Assembly: GCA_038087875.1 (NCBI GenBank)
Contig: CM075998.1
Location: 5,024,001 to 5,088,000, forward strand
Reading direction: 5' to 3'
Origin: Malacoraja senta
Taxonomy: Eukaryota
DNA length: 64,000 nucleotides
The position numbers and the translations under genes are program-made. This document shows, one piece after another, positions 48,262 through 59,562 of the stretch. Below the pieces are notes generated by a model that saw nothing but the letters and a program-made list of their open reading frames with translations, made no database searches and was not told the origin of the DNA. How positions within the stretch are numbered: the first letter of the stretch is position 1; every line of letters begins with the position of its first letter.

Positions 48262-50438
48262 TCAGACGCACGATCCAAACAACTTGCTCCACTCCGTGTA
48301 CAGCTTCAGATCCTTTGGCGAAACGCTGGGGCGGATTTTGCAAAAAGCGTCTTCAAAGTCTTTGTAGGTGGCGGGCTTCGAGTGCGACGCCGCGCCATCC
48401 CCTTGGCCCAGAGCAACCTCTCGGCAGAGCAGCATTAGGTCACTCCCCGAATATCCTCGGTATTCTGTACAACCAAGCTAATTTCCCCCTCACTCAGGCA
48501 ATGGTCCTGTTGGGCCAACGTGTAGAGTAAAATCTGCCGCCTCGCTCTGCATCAGGTGGAGAGATATAGAGCCGCTTTATAAAGTATCGATGAATGGTCT
48601 CCTCGATGTCATCTGGGCGCCTGGTGCCTCCGATGATGATAATGTGGTCACTGCTCGAGTTCACCACGCCTTCCACATGGGACAGTAACTTGGCCTTGAT
48701 GGAGTTGAGGTGAAGGCTTTCTTCACCCACAGGATTGGAGAGCATGAGGTCGAGTTCGTTGATGAAGATGACGGATGGCTGGCGAGAGCGGGCTATGAGG
48801 AACATGGCCTGCAGGATCATCTCCCCGTCCCCCTTCCACTTGGAGACGAAGGACGACCCGCTGACCTTCAGGAAGGTGGCCCCCAGGTGGGTGGCGATGC
48901 AACCTTGTGAGCATCGTCTTGCCCCCGCCGCGGGGTCCGAAGAGCAAGATGCTTTTGGGCACTCTGCCGGCCCGGTTGTAGGCTCCGGGCCGCAGCAAGG
49001 CCACAGTACCTGCTCTTCGATCAGCGCCTTTGCAGCCTCCAGCCCGGCGATATCACCCACTGCACTGGGGGGCTGCAGTCCACTATTTCGTTGGTGACCA
49101 GGCTGAGCAGTTGGGAGTCCAGGCCTCTCAGTTGCTCCTCCAGGCGATCGCTCGCTGTGACCGTCTCGACCCTCTGAGGCTGCAGCCGGTAGCCCAGAAC
49201 GTGGCCCTGCCCGCCAGTCGCTTCCCCGCCCAGCAACGCGGGCGCAAACACCTCGCTGGGGCCCGGCTGATGCGCCAGCTGCCCGCCGTTGTACGCCGAG
49301 GGCATCACCCCTTTCCTCTCGCGGTCTCTGCCCTTATAGGCCGGGCCACCCACGATGTGCTGCTTCTCCCCTTGAAGCCGCCGAGCGGTCCTTCTCCGCT
49401 CCTGGCGAAGCCACCGCCATGACACTCGCCGTCTGGCGTCTGGTAGGAGTCCGCGGCCACGCGCGGTTCTCCGTAACCGTATCTGCTCACATCCTCTTTC
49501 GGAGTCACGTCGAAGGCTTTCCTCTTCAAAGCGCTGCTCGACCCATTGGGGACAGGAGACAAGGGGCCCGTGCTCAAGCTGTGGCTTTGGTAGCCGTACC
49601 TGGGGACTATCGACGGTCGGGACGGGGGGAGGTGAAGGTGAAGGGGAGCTGGGATGCCCAAGGATGGAAGGTGGACTCCCGAGTAGCCGGGCCCGATGCT
49701 AGACTGGGAATGGTAGTGGTTGGATGGGTAGTTGTACAGTGAGTTTACTCCGGCTAAAGTCGAATTGTAAGATGGGCTGTGGTGGTCATGGGATGGACTG
49801 GCTGCAGAAGACTTGAACCGTTCAAAGACGAGGTGAGGGAAGAGGAAACTGCTGCCGTTGCTTGGCTGCAGTAGTCCGAGGGTAAATACGTGGCACCGTA
49901 ACCCGGTGAACATTCCTGGAGAAGTTCCGATGGGCACAAGGCAGGACTGGATGTGTGGTGTAGGGGCACTACCACCCGCGTTGCTTGGGTAGCAAAGGTT
50001 CAGCCACAGGTGGGCCTCCTATCCCAACACTGCCATTTACTGGTGGGAGGGCGGAATTGCTTCTTGCTTTATTGCCAGCAAGCCCATTGTCCATCGGGTT
50101 GGCCGCAAATGTGCCAGGCTCACGAAGGGCCATTTGCCAGGCATCGCTTTCGTTCTTTGCTTCGCTCGTCGGCCCAAGGGGGGCGTCCGCGTAAGCACCC
50201 AGCTCCGGCCTCTCGTACGCAGGGCTCACAATCCCAGAGTACTTCTCCGCATACTTCTTGAGCAGATTGGAGGCCGTCAGGGCGGAAATGTCGTCATTCG
50301 CCCACTCGTAGCGGGGATGCTGCTGAACGAGATGGCTGTCTTCGGTTTTGTGTGCGAGAGAGGACATTGTCAATGAGATGTCGAGATACTGCTCTGGGCC
50401 CTGGACATGCTCTGGATTCCAATGCATCTTCAACAGGC
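48262..50438 (-). CDS. FIGNL2: Fidgetin-family AAA+ ATPase, most similar to FIGNL2; large coding exon, multiply frameshifted as assembled
   Basis: Acceptor ctttcAG|GCCTGTTGAAGATG (ATG at 50427). N-terminus MHWNPEH..WANDDISALTASNLLKKYAEKYSG..YERP, then LKRKAF, VQW/GDIAGLEAAK, Walker A GPRGGGKT, Walker B-like VIFINELD, and C-terminus [37 protein letters not shown] (48264-48262). The pieces fall in several ORFs of the track. Confidence 0.85.
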
Positions 50439-51894
50439 CTGAAAGGCAACAGCACACATTGTGAACGACATCTTCAAAGGCCAGTCAATTAATATGACTT
50501 CCCAGAAGATCAAATAAGAATTTAGTTACAAATTTGTCCGAACATCTTTTACAAGGATGTTGCAAGGACTCCAGGGCCTGATCTAAAGCAGCCTGGGACT
50601 CTATTCCTTGGAGTGGAGGAGAATGAGGGGTGATCTTACACAGGTGTATAATATCATGAGGGGAATAGATAGGGTGATGAAGTCTTTTACCCAGAGTAGA
50701 GGAATCTAAAACCAGCCGACATAAGTTTAAGGTCAGAGGGAAAGATTTAATACAAACCTGAGGGGGAATGTTTTTCACACAGAGGGTGGTGGGTGTATGG
50801 AGCGAGCTGCCGGAGGAGGTAGTTGAAGCTGGGACTCTGGAGTTTAGAAGGATGAAAGGGCATCTTATTGAAACATATAAGATTGTTAAGGGTTTGGACA
50901 CGCTAGAGGCAGGAAACATGTTCCCGATGTTGGGGAGTCCAGAACCAGGGGCCACAGTTTAAGAATAAGGGGTAAGCCATTTAGAACGGAGACGAGGAAA
51001 CACTTTTTCTCACAGAGAGCTGTGAGTCTGTGGAATTCTCTGCCTCAGAGGGCGGTGGAGGCAGGTTCTCTGGATACTTTCAAGAGAGAGCTAGATAGGG
51101 CTCTTAAAGATAGCGGAGTCAGGGGATATGGGGAGAAGGCAGGAACGGGGTACTGATTGGGGATGGTCAGCCGTGATCACATTGAATGGCGGTGCTGGCC
51201 CGAAGGGCCGAATGGCCTACTCCTGCACCTATTGTCTATTGTCTATTGTCTATTGACTATCCCAACGTTTAAGAAACAGTTAGACAGGTACATGGATAGG
51301 ACAGGTTTGGAGGGATATGGGCCAAAGGCAGGCAGGTGGGACTGGTGTAGCTGGGTCATGTTGGTCAGTGTGGGCAAGTTGGGCCGAAGGTCTGTTTCCC
51401 CTCTGTATCACTCATAACTACATGAATTGACCTGCACAACCATACTGCCGCAGTTAATGCTCTTGCTGTTAAGGCCCTTTTCCTCGCTCCCAATTTGCAG
51501 TGGCCGATTCACAGGGAGTTAAGTTATAAAGAGCAGAGAGAATTCCCAGCTGATTGCAGTTAGTGGAAGGTCAGGTCATGGACTTTACGGTAAACATTGA
51601 ATCTGCTCTAATGCTGGATATTTAGAGTAAGGCAGTTCTCATATTGGAAAATATTCCAGTCCGAGGTTCAAATTGATTCGTTTCCAAAACAAACATGTAG
51701 GCGGAGGAGATTAGTTCAACATGGCATTATGTTCAGCATGGACAATGTGGGCCGAAGGGCCTTTTGCTGCACTATGCTGATCTCTGCATTAAAGGGCTCA
51801 GGGCCACTTACAGTATCTAACTGTAGGGGGCGGGGGAGAGATTCTGTCTGAGCCACATGCGTGTGATAAATCCATCTTCCAAAACTCAGTTATG

Positions 51895-52598
51895 TTTCAC
51901 AGAGTGCTGGAGTAACTCAGCGGGTCAGGCAGCATCTGTGGAGAACATGGATAGGTGACGTTTCACAGAGTGCTGGAGTAACTCAGCGGGTCAGGCAGCA
52001 TCTGTGGAGAACATGGATAGGTGACGTTTCACAGAGTGCTGGAGTAACTCAGCGGGTCAGGCAGCATCTGTGGAGAACATGGATAGGTGACGTTTCACAG
52101 AGTGCTGGAGTAACTCAGCGGGTCAGGCAGCATCTGTGGAGCGAAGGAAATGGGCAACCTTTCGGGCCGAAACCCTGAAGGAAATAGGCAACGTTTCGGG
52201 CCGAAACCCGAAGGGTTTCGGGCCGAAACGTTGCCTATTTCCTTCGCTCCATAGATGCTGCCGGAACATGGATAGGTGACGTTTCCCAGAGTGCTGGAGT
52301 AACTCAGCGGGTCAGGCAGCATCTGTGGAGAACATGGATAGGTGACGTTTCACAGAGTGCTGGAGTAACTCAGCGGGTCAGGCAGCATCTGTGGAGAACA
52401 TGGATAGGTGACGTTTCACAGAGTGCTGGAGTAACTCAGCGGGTCAGGCAGCATCTGTGGAGAACATGGATAGGTGACGTTTCATGTCAGGACGCTTCAG
52501 ACTCAAATCTGAAGAAGGGTTCCGACCAGAGACGTCACCTATCCATGTTCTCCACAGATGCTGCCTGACCCACTGAGTTACACCAGCACTCTGTGTTC
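51895..52598. repeat. 66-bp minisatellite with embedded hairpin cassette, closed by an inverted hammerhead-bearing arm (52505-52598)
   Basis: Same unit as above, followed by CTGAAGAAGGGTTCCGACCAGAGACGTCACCTATCC.. in the opposite orientation. Confidence 0.88.
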
Positions 52599-52691
52599 TA
52601 TGTCTGCATCCCAGACATGCATGTCCACCTCTCTGCCCTGCATTTCTGATTCACCAAACCCAGGGTATCTGGAGTATTGTGTTCAGTTTTA

Positions 52692-53020
52692 TAGCCCTGT
52701 CCCACGGTACGAGTTCATTCCAAGAGCTCTCCGAGTTGCCCTGATTCGAACTCGGGAGATTTACGGTAATGGCCGCTCGTCGGTACTCGGGGCTCTCGTG
52801 GACATTTGTCAACATGTTGAAAAATCTTCACGAGTCTTCCCGTGCTTACCTGCCGTTAGCGAGTCTTCCCGAGTGCCTGCCGTTAGCGTTACGAGCCGCT
52901 AAGAGACGTCCCCGAGCTCCGACGTACCCGCTACTTTCATTCTCCGTGCTTACCACGAGTTTGATTTTTTTTAAACTCGGGGGAGCTCTTGGAATGAACT
53001 CGTTCCGTGGGACAGGGCTA
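52692..53020. mobile_element. PIF/Harbinger-type MITE with long TIRs
   Basis: TTA|TAGCCCTGTCCCACGGTACGAGTTCATTCCAAGAGCTC ... GAGCTCTTGGAATGAACTCGTTCCGTGGGACAGGGCTA|TTA. Confidence 0.85.
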
Positions 53021-54488
53021 TTAGTTACCGTCTAGGAAGTACGCCATTACACTGGAAAAGGTGCAGAGAAAGATTTACGAGGATGTTGCCAGGATTTAAG
53101 GGCCTTAGCTTTAGGGAGAGATTTGGGGCAGGCGAGGTCTCTACTCCTTGGAGCGCAGGAGGCTGAGGGGTGATCTGACAGTGGTGTATACGATCAGGAG
53201 GAGAATAGATAGGGTGAATGCACAGAATCTTTTACCCAGAGTAGGGGAATTAAGAGACAGAGGACATAGGTTTAAGATGAGAGGGGAAAGATTCAACAGG
53301 AACTTAAAAGGGAAAATCTTCACACAAAGGTGGTGGGTATATGGAACAAGCTGCCAGAGGAGGTAGTTGAGGCAGGAAATATGACAAACATTTAAAACAC
53401 ATTTGGACAGGTACATGGATAGGACAGGTTTAGAGGGATATGGACCAAACGCAGGCAGGTGGGACTGGTGTAGATGGGACATGTTGGTCGGTGTGGGCAA
53501 GTTGGGCCGAAGGGCCTGTCTCCGTGCTGTATCGCTCTGTGACTCTATGAGAGCCCACTAACCCCTTCTGTTAATTTAGAAGCAGGATCACAGCCAAATT
53601 GCAGGAGCACAGTTGGCTTCCTCCGAGTTTAGTTTAGAGGTGCAGCAGAAACAGGCCCTTTGGCCCACAGAGCCTGCGCCGACCAGCGATCCCCGCACAC
53701 TCCTCATGAGAGGAATAGATCGGGTAGATGCACAGAGTCTCTTGCCCAGAGTAGGGGAATCGAGGAACAGGGGACATAGATTTAAGGTGAAGGGGAAAAG
53801 ATTTAATAGGAATCTGAGGGTTAACCTTTTCACACAAAGGGTGGTGGGTGTATGGAACAAGCTGCCAGAGGAGGTAGTTGTGGCTGGGACTATCCCTAAG
53901 TTTAAGAAACAGTCAGACAGGTGCATAGATAGGACAAGCTTTGGAGGGATATGGACCAAACACAGGCAGGTGGGACTAGTGTAGATGGGACATGTTGGCC
54001 GGTGTGGGCAAGTTGGGCCGAAGGGCCTGTTTCCACGCTGTTTCTATGACTCGGTGATGTTGAGACACACAATTACACTAATACCAAGCCAATTAGCCTA
54101 ACAAACCTGCACGTCTTTGGAGTGTGGAAGGAAACCGGAGCACCCGGAGAAAACCCACGCGGGTCACGGGGAGAAGGTACAAACTCCGTACAGACAGCAC
54201 CCGTAGTCCGGATGGAACCCGGGTCTCTGGCGCTGTGAGGCAGCAACTCTACCGCTGCGCCACCGTGCCGCCCTAACTCCTCTATGTAGCTCCTAACAAG
54301 CCCAGGAACAATTCCTTGTGAAGGAAGCAAGCGAAAAAAACAACCCTTCTATATCTGGTTGCTGTTCAGTGGTTCCCAGTGCAACATGTAGCAGACAAGA
54401 GCAGAGCAAAGTTCACTTGACAGAGATCTCCATGAACACTACAAGTGAGGAAAAAAAAACGCAATTGGCCAACGTTATAGAAGTACAA

Positions 54489-54688
54489 NNNNNNNNNNNN
54501 NNNNNNNNNNNNNNNNNNNNNNNNNNNNNNNNNNNNNNNNNNNNNNNNNNNNNNNNNNNNNNNNNNNNNNNNNNNNNNNNNNNNNNNNNNNNNNNNNNNN
54601 NNNNNNNNNNNNNNNNNNNNNNNNNNNNNNNNNNNNNNNNNNNNNNNNNNNNNNNNNNNNNNNNNNNNNNNNNNNNNNNNNNNNNNNN
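54489..54688. other. Assembly gap (200 N)
   Basis: Run of N. True size unknown. Confidence 1.
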
Positions 54689-55780
54689 GAGAACTGGCTG
54701 GCAAACAGGAAGCAAAGAGTAGGAGTAAACGGGTCCTTTTCACAATGGCAAGCAGTGACTAGTGGGGTACCGCAAGGCTCAGTGCTGGGACCCCAGCTAT
54801 TTACAATTTATATTAATGAACTGGATGAGGGAATTGAAGGCAACATCTCCAAGTTTGCGGATGACACTAAGCTGGGGGGCAGTGTTAGCTGTGAGGAGGA
54901 TGCTAGGAGACTGCAAGGTGACTTGGATAGGCTGGGTGAGTGGGCAAATGTTTGGCAGATGCAGTATAATGTGGATAAATGTGAGGTTATCCACTTTGGT
55001 GGCAAAAACAAGAAAGCAGACTATTATCTAAATGGTGGCCGATTAGGAAATGGGGAGATGCAGCGGGACCTGGGTGTCATGGTACACCAGTCATTGAAAG
55101 TAGGCATGCAGGTGCAGCAGGCAGTGAAGAAAGCGAATGGTATGTTAGCTTTCATAGCAAAAGGATTTGAGTATAGGAGCAGGGAGGTTCTACTGCAGTT
55201 GTACTGGGTCTTGGTGAGACCACACCTGGAGTATTGCGTACAGTTTTGGTCTCCAAATCTGATGAAGGACATTATAGCCATAGAGGGAGTGCAGAGAAGG
55301 TTCACCAGACTGATTCCTGGGATGTCAGGACTTTCATATGAAGAAAGACTGGATAGACTTGGCTTATACTCACTAGAATTTAGGAGATTGAGAGGGGATC
55401 TTATAGAAACGTACAAAATTCTTATGGGGTTGGACAGGCTAGATGCAGGAAGATTGTTCCCGATGTTGGGGAAGTCCAGGACAAGGGGTCACAGCTTAAG
55501 GATAAGGGGGAAATCCTTTAAGACCGAGATGAGGAAATTTTTTTCACACAGAGAGTGGTGAATCTCTGGAACTCTCTGCCACAGAGGGTAGTTGAGGCCA
55601 GTTCATTGGCTATATTTAAGAGGGAGTTAGATGTGGCCCTTGTGGCCAAGGGGATCAGGGGGTATGGAGAGAAGGCAGGTACGGGATACTGAGTTGGAAG
55701 ATCAGCCATGATCATATTGAATTGCGGTGCAGGCTCGAAGGGCCGAATGGCCTACTCCTGCACCTATTTTCTATGTATCT
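54689..55780 (+). mobile_element. CR1 LINE 3' portion
   Basis: ORF 54755-55561 with [23 protein letters not shown], followed by the 3'UTR. Confidence 0.92.
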
Positions 55781-57103
55781 ATGAAGACACTCGAAAGGCT
55801 TGTTCTGGCCAAGCTGAAAAATATCACAAACCCCCTGCTGGACCCTCTGCAGTTTGCATATCAGGCCAATAGATCTGTGGATGATGCAGTCAACCTGGGC
55901 CTGCTCTTCATCCTCCAGCACCTAGACCGCCAGGGGACCTATGCAAGGATTTTGTTTGTTGATTTTAGCTCTGCATTCAACACCATTGTGCCAGAGCTAC
56001 TACACTCCAAACTTTCCGAGTTGACTGTGCCTGAACCCCTCTGTCGGCGGATCACCAGCTTCCTGACAGACAGGAAGCAGCATGTGAAGCTGGGAAAGTA
56101 CATCGTGGACCCGCAAACGCTCAGCATAGGAGCACTACAAGGCTGCGTACTCTCTCCTCTCCTCTACTCTCTCTACACCAACGACTGCACCTCCACAGAC
56201 ACCTCTGTCAAGCTTCTCAAGTTTGCGGACGACATAACCCTAATTGGACTGATCCAGGATGGGGAGGAATCTGCCTACAGACAGGAAGTGTCACAGTTGA
56301 CATCCTGGTGCCATCGCAACAACCTGGTGCTCAATGCTTTTAAGACAGTGGAATTGATTGTAGACTTTAGGAGAGCTCCCTCTCCCCTCACCCCACTCAC
56401 CATCAACAACACCACAGTCACATCTGTGGAGTCTTTTAAGTTCCTGGGAACCATCATTTCCAGGGACCTTAATTGGGGGGCTACCATCGATTCCACATTC
56501 AAAAAGGCCCAACAGAGGATGTACTTCCTGCGGCAACTGAGGAAACACAATCTGCCACAGGCAATGATGGTCCAATTCTACACGGCCATCGTAGAGTCTG
56601 TCCTCACCTTGTCCATCATGGTCTGGTTTGGCTCAGCCACCAAGCACGACACCTGGAGGCTGCAGCGAATCGTCCGATCAGCAGAGAAGGTTATTGGCTG
56701 CAACCTTCCCTCCATTGATGAACTGTACACTGCAAGGGCCAGGAAGTGAGCGGGCAAGATCATCTCTGACCCCTCTCACCCTGGCCACAAACTCTTTGAA
56801 TCACTTTCCTCTGGAATGCGACTCCGGACTGTCAGCCGCCACAGCCAGACATAAAAACAGCTTTTATCCACGAGCAGTAGCTCTACTCAACAGCCAAAAA
56901 TCTGTAGCCTCCCTTTGATCTGGTATTTTGTTGGTTCACATGCTTGATCAATGGTGTTTTATCATTAATGTTTTATTATTATTAATGTTTAGTGTTTTCT
57001 GAGTCATTCGTAACTGTCACTCTATGTCATGTTGTTACTTGTGGGCGAAGCACCAAGGCAAATTCCTTGTATGTGAATACTTGGGCAATAAACTTACTTA
57101 CTT
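55781..57103 (+). mobile_element. Rex1/Babar-clade LINE, 5'-truncated (RT plus 3'UTR)
   Basis: MKTLERLV..LDPLQFAY..DFSSAFNTI..QGCVLSPLL..KFADD..KAQQRMYFLR, with an AATAAA(CTTA)n tail. Confidence 0.88.
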
Positions 57104-57729
57104 AAATGCTTTTCTCACAAGTGTATGGCTTAAGTCCCCTATTGTGACTGGCCTCCCATTAGTTTCCAGTATCTGTAATAGTTCCCTTATGTTTTTGAAT
57201 GATTTATTTTATAACTTTTGCCCAATGATGAAATTGCTATCGTGTTTTTTTTCTTTCTGCGATGAGTTAACACTTAGTGTAGTTTAGAGAAACAGCGCTG
57301 AAACAGGCCCTTCGGCCCACCGAGTCCACGCCGACCAGCGATCCCCGCACACTAACGCTATCCTATACGCACTAGGGACAATTTATTTAAGAAAATACTG
57401 CAGATGCTGGGAAAAATCAAAGGTAGACAAAAATGCTGGAGAAACTCAGCGGATGAGGCAGCATCTATGGAGCGTAGGAATATTCCTTCGCTCCATAAAT
57501 GCTGCCTCATCCGCTGAGTTTCTCCAGCATTTTTGTCTATCTAGGGACAATTTACAATCTTTATCGAAGCCAATCAACCTACAAACCTGCACATCTTTGG
57601 AGTGTGAGTGGAAACCGGAGCACCCGGAGAAAACCCACCCATGTCACGGGGAGAATGTACAAACTCCGTACAGACACCCCCCGTAGTCAGGATGGAACCC
57701 GGGTCTCTGGCGCTGTGATATTATATATA

Positions 57730-59343
57730 CAGTGGCTTGCAAAAGTATTCATACCCCTTGAACTTTTCCACATTTTGTCACATTACAACCACAAACGTAA
57801 ATGTATTTTATTGGGATTTTATGTGATAGACCAACACAAAGTGGCGCATAATTGTGAAGTGGAAGGAAAATGATACATGGTTTTCAAATTTTTTTACAAA
57901 TAAAAAACTTTAAAATGTCGCGTGCAAAAGTATTCAGCCCCCTTTACTCTGATACCCCTAAATATAATCCAGTGCAACCAATTGCCTTCAGAAGTCACCT
58001 AATTAGTAAATAAAGTCCCCTTGTGTGTAATCTAATCTCAGTATAAATACAGCTGTTCTGTGAAGGCCTCAGAGGTTTGTTAGAGAACATTAGTGAACAA
58101 ACAGCATCATGAAGCCCAAGGAACACACCAGACAGGTCAGGGATAAAGTTGTGGAGAAGTTTAAAGCAGGGTTAGGTTATAAACAAATATCCCAAGCTTT
58201 GAACATCTCACGGAGCACTGTTCAATCCATCATCCGAAAATGGAAAGAGTATGGCACAACTGCAAACCTACCAAGACATGGGTGTCCAACTAAACAGACA
58301 GGCCAGGCAAGGAGAGCATTGTTCAGAGAAGCAGCCAAGAGGCCCATGGTAACTCTGGAGGAGCTGCAGAGATCCACAGCTCAGGTGGGAGAATCTGTCC
58401 ACAGGACAACTATTAGTCGTGCACTCCACAAATCGGGCCTTTATGGAAGAGTGGCAAGAAGAAAGCCATTGTTGAAAAAAAGCCATAAGAAGTCCCGTTT
58501 GCAGTTTGCCACAAACCATGTGGGGGACACAGCAAACACGTGGAGGAAGGTGCTCTGGTCAGATGAGACCAAAATTGAAGTTTTTGGCCTAAATGCAAAA
58601 CGCTATGTGTGGCGGAAACCTAACACTGCACATCACCATGAACACACCATCCCCACTATGAAACATGGTGGTGGCAGCATCATGCTGTGGGGATGCTTTT
58701 CTTCAGCAGGGACATGGAAGCTGGTCAGAGTTGATGGGAAGATGGATGGAGCCAAATACAGGGCAATCTTGGAAGAAAACCTGTTAGAGTCTGCAAAAGA
58801 CTTGAGACTGGGGCGGAGGTTCACCTTCCAGCAGGACAACGACCCTAAACATACAGCCAGAGCTACAATGGAATGGTTTAGATCAAAGCATATTCATGTG
58901 TTAGAATGGCCCAGTCAAAGTCCAGACCTAAATCCAATTGAGAATCTCTGGCAAGACTTGAAAATTGCTGTTCACAGACGCTCTCCATCCAATCTGACTG
59001 AGCTTGAGCTATTTTGCAAAGAAGAATGGGCAAAAATTTCAGTCTCTAGATGTGCAAAGCTGGTAGAGACATACCCCAAAAGACTTGCAGCTGTAATTGC
59101 AGTGAAAGGTGGTTCTACAAAGTATTGACTCAGGGGGGCTGAATACTTTTGCACGCGACACTTTTCAGTTTTTTATTTGTAAAAAAATTTGAAAACCATG
59201 TATCATTTTCCTTCCACTTCACAATTATGCACCACTTTGTGTTGGTCTATCACATAAAATCCCAATAAAATACATTTACGTTTGTGGTTGTAACGTGACA
59301 AAATGTGGAAAAGTTCAAGGGGTATGAATACTTTTGCAAGCCA

Positions 59344-59346
<3 letters not shown>
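57730..59346 (+). mobile_element. Full-length Tc1 (IR/DR type, Passport-like) DNA transposon, 1617 bp
   Basis: TA|CAGTGGCTTGCAAAAGTATTCA...TGAATACTTTTGCAAGCCACTG|TA. Inverted repeats of about 213 bp (57730-57942, 59134-59346), each with two copies of the direct repeat TGCAAAAGTATTCA. Confidence 0.95.
58109..59128 (+). CDS. Tc1 transposase, 339 aa, DD34E
   Basis: Open ORF with a paired-like HTH N-terminus, ARRKP, WSDETK, QQDNDPKH and SPDLNPIENLW. 34 residues lie between the second D and the E. Confidence 0.95.
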   Translation: MKPKEHTRQVRDKVVEKFKAGLGYKQISQALNISRSTVQSIIRKWKEYGTTANLPRHGCPTKQTGQARRALFREAAKRPMVTLEELQRSTAQVGESVHRTTISRALHKSGLYGRVARRKPLLKKSHKKSRLQFATNHVGDTANTWRKVLWSDETKIEVFGLNAKRYVWRKPNTAHHHEHTIPTMKHGGGSIMLWGCFSSAGTWKLVRVDGKMDGAKYRAILEENLLESAKDLRLGRRFTFQQDNDPKHTARATMEWFRSKHIHVLEWPSQSPDLNPIENLWQDLKIAVHRRSPSNLTELELFCKEEWAKISVSRCAKLVETYPKRLAAVIAVKGGSTKY

Positions 59347-59424
<78 letters not shown>

Positions 59425-59466
59425 CACAAACGTATATGTATATATATACATATGTGTGTGTATATG

Positions 59467-59560
<94 letters not shown>
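59347..59560. repeat. Compound (TA)n/(CA)n/(TG)n microsatellite
   Basis: Directly visible. Begins at the Tc1 right TA. Confidence 0.95.

Positions 59561-59562
<2 letters not shown>

Noticed and set aside
47994..48278. ORF with DRRNISA repeats downstream of the FIGNL2-like stop
   Set aside because: It is three copies of a 21-bp repeat (about 48070-48135) in the presumed 3'UTR, with no homology recognised.
51420..51660. Possible conserved enhancer in the FIGNL2-like intron (GTAAACA, AGGTCA motifs)
   Set aside because: Unique-looking sequence, but conservation cannot be assessed from this window alone.
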